Shown: positions 41,301 through 51,706 of the stretch, in pieces
How the letters are laid out: each line of letters starts with the position of its first letter
How positions within the stretch are numbered: position 1 is the stretch's first letter
Assembly (NCBI GenBank): GCA_012295275.1
Contig: CM022673.1
Coordinates: forward strand, 8,370,001 to 8,434,000
Length of the DNA stretch: 64,000 bases
Origin: Chrysomallon squamiferum
Lineage: Eukaryota > Animalia > Mollusca
Direction: 5' to 3'
Notes under the pieces: model-generated
Database searches by the model: none
Told to the model about the DNA's origin: nothing
The model's input: only the letters and a program-made list of their open reading frames with translations
Position numbers and translations under genes: made by a program

Positions 41301-43024
41301 CACTAATCTATTGTTTTATAATATTCCTGTTACTACTCTTACTGTTATTATACATATTAAAATATAAATCGTTATCATCATCTTCGTCACAGTCCAAGGT
41401 CAGTCCTCGGTAAGAGAATGAAAGAGAGTGAAAGAAGGAATTAAATAAATAAATATAATAAAAAATAAAAAAGGAAGTTAAGTATATAGAAGAAGAAGAA
41501 GAAGAAGAAACCCTGGAAATAAAGAAAAGGTTTGTAAAATAATGATTACAATGCAAAATAAACAATATTAGCTGTAACAACTACAAAACAATCTCCCAAC
41601 AACGGAGGTTTAAGATGAATTTTTTCATTTTTTCTTTTTTATATATTTATATATTATATATAACAAATAAATAAATAAATAATTTTAAAAAATATCAAAA
41701 CGAAAAAAATTACGGAAATTATTTTCATGATTTCGTAAAAAGTTTGAATTCAAAAATTTAAATTTCTTCATGCTTGCAAGATGTACATTTAGCACGTTGC
41801 AGCTTAGTTTTAAAATAGCATTTCGTTTAATTTTTATTTTTACTCTTTCCTTTTCATTTCCTTTTTTAGCAAATGTTATATGTCAAAGTGCATAATATGT
41901 GTGTGTGTGTGTGTGTATGTGTGTAGATAGATAGACAGACAGACAGACAGAGAGACAGAGAGAAATAGATCAATATTATTTATTATTATTTATTCACAAT
42001 AGGCCTACCACTTCTGCTCATATTATTTCATACAGTGTAAATAAAATAACACCAAAATACAATCAAAAACATTTCGAAATATGTGTATATTGTTATTTAT
42101 ATAATAAACAAACTGTTTGAATCGTTGCTATTATGATTGTTTGGGGTCTACCTGACAGTTAACCCGTATATCGAGTGTGAAGTGGAATAATAAATTAAAA
42201 CGTGATGTTTACAATCACTGAGCCGAACAACAACCATTTATTTACCAAGTTGTAGAGATATTAGCATTTGACTCAATGGAATTTCAATTCTTCAGAACTC
42301 CCAAATTGCTAAAGGCGAATTTAAACGAAACGAATTGTATAAACGATCTGCAGCATTTGAAGTTTAGGGTCAGAGGAATCTTCATCTCGATTTAAAAAAA
42401 TTATTTATCTATTTAACAGTGACGGTCGTAGATTTATTTACAGGAGATTTGGGCAAACAGACAACACATTCATATTTATGAACAAAGAGAAACAGTATAT
42501 TACATATTATAAAGACATACATATATACATACATGTGTTACGTACACACATACATACATATATACATACTCATCACTGTATGCATTCTTACATATATACA
42601 TACACATACACACACTGAATTAAATACAGACATTAAACGATTTCAAACAATGACGCTGTGTGAACGGGCCTTAATGAAAACCCCAGTGACTCTAGCATAA
42701 AAAAGAAAATCGTCATAAAATTATTAACTAAGTTAAACATCTCGGGGTCATTGGGGTACGAAATGCACTGTTTAGTAAATACAGAGGACTGTCGACCATA
42801 AAATGTATCATACTTCACAAGGGACGCAACCTTGATCCTTAGCACATTAAAGACATCAAATTTTATATCCTCTTTATTACACAAATATTACGTGGCTGGT
42901 CTCATTGTTATACAGTATTTGAGTGTTTCATATTTTACTTGTTCTTTCACTCTTTAACTTTTTGCTTTATTTTATTTTATTTTTTTGAAATCATAATTAT
43001 TGTTTGGTCGAGTTATTAGTCATT

Positions 43025-43192
43025 TTATTATTATTATTATTAGTAGTAGTAGTAGTAGTAGTAATAGTAGTTGTTGTTGTAGTAGTAGTAGTAGTAGCAG
43101 CAGCATACTGTTACTACTTATGCTACTATTAATACTACTACAACTAGAACTACAGTTACTTCTATTATTACTACTATTACTACTTCTACAAT

Positions 43193-43242
<50 letters not shown>

Positions 43243-43255
43243 TTACTACTACTAT
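43025..43255. repeat. (TAG)n/(CTA)n trinucleotide repeats
   Basis: Directly visible; similar tracts at 44683-45140. Confidence 0.9.
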
Positions 43256-43256
43256 A

Positions 43257-43330
43257 GAAAACTGGTCATTCCGTGAAGGTGTGACGTCATTATCGATTAC
43301 TGAATTTTACAGATTAGAGTTACTCCACTA
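43257..43330 (+). repeat. ~75-bp dispersed direct repeat containing TGACGTCA, copy 1
   Basis: gaaaactggtcattccgtgaaggtgtgacgtcattatcgattactgaatttta..ttactccacta matches 46179-46253. Confidence 0.88.
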
Positions 43331-44152
43331 CGGGCTATAAATACTACTACTACTACTACTGCAGCTGCAACTGCTACCACTACTACTACTTTTACTACTA
43401 TCGACATCAGTAAGACTTCACCGCAATAAACACTAGTACTACTATTACTACTATTACTGCAGTCAAGGCCACTGTACAAAAACCTTTTTTTTTTTTTTTT
43501 TTTCTTTTTTACATTTCATTTCATCTTTCTTTCTTTTCTAAGTTAAACCAGCCTTTTCATTCTTTCTTTGATTTAATTAACTGATTGAAAAAAAAAAAAA
43601 AACCATTCATTAAAATATTTTCTATTGTTATTTAATAGGTCCATTAACTTATATACTTTTATAAGGTCATCCATTACGTTAACGATAATTATCTGCATCT
43701 ACAACAAACAAGTTAGTTTAAGAAAGAGGTCAGAAGAAACCCTACTAATCTTCTTTTTTTTCTTTTTTTTTTTTTTAAATAATTAAAAATAATGAGATAA
43801 AAACAAAAAAATAAAATAAAATAAAAATTCCTCAGCTTTCTAAAATTATCACAGCCCTAAGCTGAATGGCTAAAATAAAAAAAAATAAAAAATATCCACC
43901 CTCGGGCCTATTGATGTTATGTCCAGTAAATAATACTAAAATAATAGAAAAAAACCTCAGAACAAATGACCAATTAACCGATAATCGAAATAAACTATTA
44001 AATCCTTTTATCTCCCCCTTTTTCATCTTCTCTTTAGAAGAAGATAAAATTGAAATCGTTACCGGTGGGCGTCTGTTAAATTTTATATGTTAAAACTGAA
44101 AGCTGAAAGATATTTTGTGAGTCATGATGGTGTCGTTATTGTGGTAACATCA

Positions 44153-44260
44153 TGTATGTATGTATGTATGTATGTATGTATGTATGTATGTATGTATGTA
44201 TGTATGTATGTATGTATGTATGTATGTACGTATGTGTGTATGTCTGTATGTATGTATGTA
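44153..44260. repeat. (TATG)n microsatellite
   Basis: Directly visible; similar tracts at 53115-53330 and 63275-63510. Confidence 0.95.
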
Positions 44261-44682
44261 AAGGGACAGAACAGAGAAAGAATCCCAGAAGCAGAGTTTT
44301 GAATGCAAGGTGACTCGCCTTCCAAACAGTAACATCACTTTTCCCCTACAATTTTCCTCAACCACAAACACTTCCACCACTTATGGATTTAATCCACTTT
44401 AAATTATTTCTTATGGAGATAACTGATTCGGCTTTCTGAAACGAATTAAGATCGAGCACAGAGGTGCCATTGTAAAACAAATTAAACCCGCCAACGATTT
44501 ATTCTTTGTAGGATTTTTGTACTTCTTACTTTGTGTTCTTCATCTAACCTGATAATGGTTACAAATGTCACACAAATACATTTATAAAGGTTTTAATTTA
44601 TCAGCATAGTAAACTAACACTAAAGTTATTTTGACCATCACTGTTACTTATTACTTTTGAAATTACGGCTACCGCCACTCAA

Positions 44683-44739
<57 letters not shown>

Positions 44740-46178
44740 GTTACTGTTACTGCTACTGCTACTGCTACTACTACTACTACTACTACTGCTGCTACTTTCA
44801 TAAGTACTACTTCTATGAGCATCATTACCAGTACAACAAAAACTTTGCTACAGTTATTATTATTATTCTGTTATTATTATTACCTTTACTTCTGCTACTA
44901 CTATTACAACTACTACCTCTTCTGATTCTTTCACTGCTAGCACTATTTATCCTCTGCTGTTAATATTACTTTCACTATTACAGCTTTTGCTACTCTCTCA
45001 ACGATTAACACGCTTACTAACTACACCACTATTATAATCAGTACTAATATTACTCTACTGCCATTTAATCTGCAATTCTCCTACAACTACCATGATCACC
45101 ACCACGACTACTACTACTACTACTACTACTCTGCTACTACTGCTTTTATTACTTGATAACCTTAAAAATGTTCAGTGTAATTTTATATTTCGTAAGATTA
45201 ATTTATATGTATGTATGTATTTATGGTATGGAAAGTAAAAGATTATTATGTAACATATTAGAGTGGGTGGGGTGATTAAAGTATTAATATACAACAATGC
45301 ATCAGAGACTAATTAAGTATCGTTACAAATTCGATATCATGTAAACATATTACACCTTCAGCTATAATTATCTTGAATCCTATACATTCTTACAGTTATA
45401 TATATAAATTAACCTTTACCAATGGATGTGTTAAATAATCTACACAAACTGAGTTGTGTGAATGCCATTCGGTCGCGCACACGTGGAAACAGGAAATAAA
45501 AGCTAATTCATTTACAGAAACTATGATGTACAGTAATTCTCATTTCTTTGTTTCTTTCACTGTTTAAATATTATTTTCTTATTTATCAGGCTGTGTTTGC
45601 AAAATAGCTGCCCAATGAACCAGTTGCCCGAGGATCCTATAAATTTGATACCGAATTTTAAATAATATTTCTTTATTTACCGTCAATATTTTGATATTGA
45701 CCGTCAATATTTCTTACATCATGGTTCCTGTGTTTGTTTTACACTTTTGTAGAGTGTGTATGCAACATTATACATAGCTTAATTAAGAAGGAAGCATTGT
45801 TAAATGCGTTCCTTGTTATTTGTGTTATTAGGTGTGAATTGGTGTTGTAAAATAATTTCTAGATTGCCGTTTTTTCCTCTCTTTTGGGATGTGGACATAA
45901 CAGTTCTCTTGATGCTAATCACTTGTGGAGACAGCGGAATTCTTCTCTCACAACAAGATTATAGAGAAAAACGAGATATTGTATTTAAATAGTCAAAGGA
46001 AAACAAATCTTATTCCGTAAAAAATATTTTTTTGTACTTCTCTGCAAACAATATCATATACTTAAACATTCAACAGATGATACCTTTAGCATACACTGAA
46101 GACAGTTAGCTTGTTAAATGTTAATAATAAAGCTTGACAACGAAGAAGCGTTACGAAACATGGTGAAAAATCCCGATC

Positions 46179-46253
46179 GAAAACTGGTCGTTCCGTAAAA
46201 GTATGACGTCATGTATCGATTACTGAATTTTATTAATTACCGTTATTCCACTA
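46179..46253 (+). repeat. ~75-bp dispersed direct repeat containing TGACGTCA, copy 2
   Basis: Matches 43257-43330. Confidence 0.88.
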
Positions 46254-47849
46254 TTCGGTGTAACATATACATACATATCAAACACGCAAACACGAACATA
46301 TATATCCGCTTCTTCACCTAAACATACAAGATTAATATATATGGCATTAATCAAAAAAGAAAAACAGAAACCCAGGCTCATAAATATGATATTTATTTAC
46401 AAATAACAAATGACCACCCGTTTTACAGAACACAACACAGAACACTTAAACGTTGTTTATAAATAGCACATATAAAACCTGGACAGTCGACATGCTAGCA
46501 TTTTCAACCGTGGAAGTTAAATAAAATAACACAAATTTATATCCAAAGAAAAAATAAAATAGACATTTTTTATTTTTTATTTCAAGTATAAATAAAATAG
46601 AATAAGATAAAATGAAAAATAAAATTAAAATTAGATTAACAGAACAATAGAATTAAAATTTAAATCTATAAAAAAAAAATGACATGTAATGTAAAATATA
46701 ATAAAATTAAACAGAATAGAATAAAATAAACCAAGAAATAAAAATAATGTATCAGTAAAAAAGCAAAAAGAAGAATTAATCAAAAATTAAATATATATAA
46801 TATATATTTATATAACATAATATAATATAAATTAAATACATTTCAGTCTTTAATATCTCAACTCATCTACCTTTCTGCTAATTTGTATGATATCATACAA
46901 TCTGAAAACAAAAATATTTCTAATAATAACATAAACCGTTATAAATATGAACTGTTATGTAATTTTCATATTTGTCTATTATAGTTTATTAATTAAATAG
47001 TTTAGTATTATCAATGATAAACTAAAAAAAAAAAATATTTTTTTTTTTTTTAGAAATACCCGTGTGTTAAATTAAGGATTTTATTAAGTTGGACCAGTGA
47101 AAATAATACACGTCCTACAAAATCTAGACTTGTATCAGAAATGATAGATAATGTTGATGATGAAAAGGATGATGATTAGCCGATGTATAATGATGTGGTA
47201 ATGATGATGTTGTTGATGATGATGGTGATCATGATGGTTGTTATTATAATTATAATTACTGTTGTTGTTGTTGTTGTTGTTGATGTCGGTGCTGATGATT
47301 ATTGTTTACTATTACTGTTATAATGTTGTTATTTTTGATCATCATCATCATCATCATAGTGATGATATTGACTATTTTATGATAGTGACAAAAACAGAAA
47401 TGATTATCTTTAAACAGTTTGGAATGACTTGCATGCATTAAATGCTGAAAAGGAATTCATTTATTTAAAAAAAAAATACAATGAAAGAAAAAAAAAAAGA
47501 AGAAGAAGAAGAAGAATTTTTTTTTTTTTAAAACCCTAAACACTATAATAAATCAACGAACCAAACAAATAAAATAAAAAAAACAATTACACTATTTCTT
47601 TCTTCAAATTTCACAAGAGAAAGGATTTACAATGTTCACTATGCATTTTAAAGGTAAGTTAAAAATTAATTAGCTTATTGTAAAAGCTGATTTCAGAGTC
47701 ATTATTGCACTTATATCATATATAATTGTTGGTATTTTAAAAAATATTTAAAAACGTAAATAAATAAACAGTATTTAAATAAAGAAAATATTAAAAAGAT
47801 GGGGGGTGGGAATCCCCAAAAGAAATAAACTGATTGCTTTGATGAAGAT

Positions 47850-48852
47850 GTTTATGAAAATAATCTGAATATCAAAATCCTAAAGAATGTCTGAGTTTGT
47901 ACACAAAATATGTTACGCCTTAAAAAGTATTTAAGGCCATACATCAAGTATTTGATATTAGAGAATGTTTAATCATAGAATGTTAGAGATATTACACAGA
48001 ATGTTTCTTCTCAAAATCTGAATGTTTTAAGTGAATTACAGAATAGACAGAATATTTTTGTCTTAAATGACATCATTCGTGTAATTTTTGAAGTCATGAA
48101 GAATTATCCTGTTTTAGGATAGATATAGAATGTTTTATGTTCTAGCCACATTGTTTAGGATACAATACAGAATGTTTTATGTTCATATGTTAGCCACGTT
48201 GTTTAGGATACCATACAGAATGTTTTATTTCCAAAGAATGTTCCAAGCCATATGTCAACTTTGATGATAAATGTAGGAAGTTTTATATCACAAAGAATGT
48301 TTGATTTCATACGAAGAATTGTTTCGTGTCATAAAGGTTATATGATGTCATACTGAGTATGTTAAATGTCAAAGACAGAAGGTTTTATGCCTTCAAGAAT
48401 GTTTGGTATCAAACGTAGCATATTCTATTATAAAGAAGTTTTTACTTGCAGAAAGAATGTTTGATGGCTTATGAAAAAAATATTTGATGTCATATTCAAA
48501 ATATTTTATGTCTAAAGAATTTCATGTTATAATAAGATTTTCTTTACTACGAACAAAAATGTTTGACGTGTCACACAAGACATTCTGTAGCAGAATGTTT
48601 TGTTTCATAAAAAAAATATATATATATTTTATTTTTATTTAATAATTATTTTAACTTTTTTAAATCGAAAATGGGATGTCTGAGATCATACAATGACTGA
48701 CAATTTCAGGTCATGTGAAAAGAAAATTCTAAGTAATTCAGAAAAAAAATAGTTTTTGAGATCATACGCTGATTTCTGATGTCATGTTCAGAATGTTTGA
48801 GGTCACTCGGTGAACATTTGATGTCATAATCTTAAATGTTAACGTCATAAAC
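47850..48852. repeat. Degenerate minisatellite, unit ~20-22 bp (consensus approx. AGAATGTTTGATGTCATAC)
   Basis: Recurrent agaatgttt and gtcata motifs; a ~45-bp higher-order duplication at ~48127-48228. Confidence 0.8.
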
Positions 48853-48918
48853 TTAATTGAGCTTGGTGGTTTAGGCAGTATTTAAGTGCATGTCGTACAA
48901 ATAGAGTGAAATGTAAAA

Positions 48919-48957
<39 letters not shown>

Positions 48958-50741
48958 ATGGAGAAAAGAAAACTTTTACATCCACCTTATAAAGACCGAA
49001 ATTCGAACCAAAAGCAACTCCTTGTTTCTTCTTGTTCGTTCTTTTTCATTCATAATAATTATATATTCTTTCGATATGTTTGTTCCAACATTCTACAAAA
49101 AAATCGGCACTGACTACTTATATTTAAAGTTGTTCTTAATGAAGATCACGTCCAACTCAGTAATTCAATAAAGAATGTACTGATTGGACTTGGCGTTACG
49201 AAATTACAAAACAGTTATAAATATAATGAGAGTAAATGAAAAATAAACATGCTTGGAATTCGAGATATCTGAGGAATTCGTGTTGTTACTATAATTACAG
49301 ATGGTTTCAACTCGTCGGATAAAAAAAAAAAAAAAAAATCACAGACAGGTCGAAGGTTTATTGCAGAAAGGTGTGTTGCGTTATCATACTTTAGTGTTGA
49401 TCCCTTTAACACTTGGCCAACTTTGATGAAATGTAATTTAAAAAATAATCTAATTAAATAAGAAATTTAAACACTTCCAAGTTGTGAATATGATTTCAAG
49501 TGGTATGAAACATACGTACACTGATATATACCTCTCTGCATTATACCTTCAAAATAATAAACTATTTTATAATTAAGAATAAAATGAAGAATGAAGAGAA
49601 ATGAATCCAACTGACCATTAAAAAAAAAAAAAAAAAAAAAAAAAAATAAAAAAAAAAAATTACATGAAAAACATTAATCTCAAAACATAAATTATAAAAC
49701 GAAAATAAATTGAAAGAACACCTCCAATTCTTTTCATTCCTTCAGAAAACGTTTGCTTTCATCTTCCATAAATATAACTCATTAACATATTTACGTTAAC
49801 ATTTTAAATGCACTATAATTCACTACAACAAAATGATGCATTCTTCAGACCTTTGTGTGTCATTTCATCATATTACCATCCTAATATTCCTAAGAGATAT
49901 ACTTTTAAATATTAGGTAAATAAACAACAGTGTATCGCAATTATCTCTTAAGAGCGAGAAAAAAAAATTAAAAAAATTAAAATATCCGAAATTCATCCTA
50001 GGATATAGAATGGCAATCTCTCCCGTCTTTCACCATGATTATTTTGTTTTTCTCTCTCTCTCTCGCTCTCTCTCTCACTCTCTCGTTTTTATATTTTAAA
50101 TTTGACAATTCATATGAGTTAACGAACAACACTTCATTTAAAATGCGATAACAATAAAATAAATATTCACCTTCAAACAAACATCAATTATTGAATTGGG
50201 TGGGAGTTTACAACAGTAATATATTCCAACATTCACCCTCCCACGATATTTTCTATTTTACATCATCAAAACAGCCATTCCCTGTTTTGAAGTCTACAGA
50301 ATGCGGGGGTAAGGTTTTGGGGGAAGCAATGACAAAGTTTGTAAAGAATATCTGACCTATGGGTGTCATCTAAACGTCATATCATAACACTCTGTATTAA
50401 AATTAGTCAACAACAAATACTGTTAATTATCACTATATAAATATCTTCATCAGAAGCGGAAAGGTGAACTTGATGGCTCAAGATATACAGCGATGCGTCC
50501 ATTTGACTGTTCGTTTGGCAGTCCGTCCGACAGGTATCATGGAATGTAGTGAGCTCCAACTAATAAAAGGACAAATCATTTTGAATAATAATAATAATAA
50601 CAATAATAATAATAATAATAATAATAATACAGAAAATATACAAAAAAAACAAACAAAAAAACATACGTTCGCCTAATCCCGAGCCGCCGTTAGATATGGT
50701 TAATGTAGTTCTTTCTCAAACCAGAATTACTGCTGTCTAAG

Positions 50742-51706
50742 TTACGTACACCCGCATGAATGGACAACGAGGTTTGGCAGTTTAGCTGTTACTAAGTCAT
50801 GGTTGTCGTTGAAGATCCAGACTGTTAGGTCAGACGTCTCCCTCGCCGAGCACCGCCGTATAACCGCGCGACCGTCGCCAGTTCCTCCACTCTTTCTTCT
50901 TTCCGTTCTTCGCCTGCTCTCGCCTCTCCTGGAAAGACGACTGCTTCTGCTCCGGGGTCGCTGCGACTCGCACGACCCGACACAGGTCGCAGCCGTGTAG
51001 CCGGCCGGCGACACGATGTCGTCGTCAAGGTCCATGTCGCTAAACTCGACATACGACGACACTCTACAGCACGAATTCAGCGGCGACCTGCCCGCGAGAA
51101 TGCCGACAGCAGCCTCGCTTTCGACCGAACCGCACGACGTCACGGCGACCGAGCGCCGGTGTCTGTTAGAGTCTTTCCAGCCTTGCTCGATCACAATGAA
51201 CGGCCGATGCTTCGAGTGTTTCGCTGGAGGCGACAACCTCGCCGTTCCGCACCCTCTGCGTCGGTTCAGCTTTCCTTTGTGTTTGCTGAGTCCTTTCAAG
51301 AGAAGCTTCTTTTTCTTCCCCGTCTTGCGGCATTTCGTTTTCGGCCGGCGCGGGAATATAATTTGAGTTTTTCTATTACAGCGTTTGCACTCTACCCGCA
51401 AAACCATCATCTGCTTCTGAGACGATTCTAAGTTTTTGAGTAAAGTTATGGGTAGACTAATTTTGTACCATTTCGTTTTCTGAACCTTTGTCCTTAACTC
51501 GGCTACTTTTGTGGACACTTTGTTTATAACGCTATAAATACGTATGCGGATCAGCTTCCCCTTTCGTCGCTTCCGTAACTGCCGGAAGTTTTTCTTCTTG
51601 TGTTTCTTTTCCTTCCTCCAGACGAGGATCCACAAGTCGGCTCTCGTTATTTCACTTTCGGACGTGTTTCTCCGTCGATTCAGTGGAAAGAGCAACAGAT
51701 TCTTAC
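50742..51706 (-). CDS. Gene B coding exon 2: prodomain arm, RHRR furin site and divergent activin/inhibin-like cystine-knot domain (spliced product 417 aa)
   Basis: Long GC-richer ORF; acceptor taattacag|GT at 51707 (G+GT=Gly). Prodomain motifs RADLWI, WYKISL, LRVECKRC and RPFIVI. RHRR at 51164-51153. C-terminal pattern C..CC-x27-CxGxC-x39-C-x31-CxC-stop with YVEF, IVSPAGY and LPNLVV. Confidence 0.93.
50745..51152 (-). other. Predicted mature TGF-beta-type peptide of gene B (136 aa, 8 Cys)
   Basis: Follows an R-X-R-R proprotein convertase site. Cys spacings (28 from the first C of CC to CxGxC; 31 before the terminal CxC) equal those of activin beta subunits. Confidence 0.85.

Noticed and set aside
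40692-41413. Tyr/Cys-rich ORFs resembling structural or adhesive proteins
   Set aside because: Product of the (TACTA)n satellite; open in several frames with no gene structure.
47850-48852. Repeat array considered as CRISPR-like
   Set aside because: Degenerate head-to-tail units without unique spacers, eukaryotic context and no cas genes.
50803-51431. Plus-strand ORFs overlapping gene B exon 2 (likewise 22840-23127, 23516-23731 and 56547-56939)
   Set aside because: Antisense shadows of GC-richer coding exons with no recognisable motifs.
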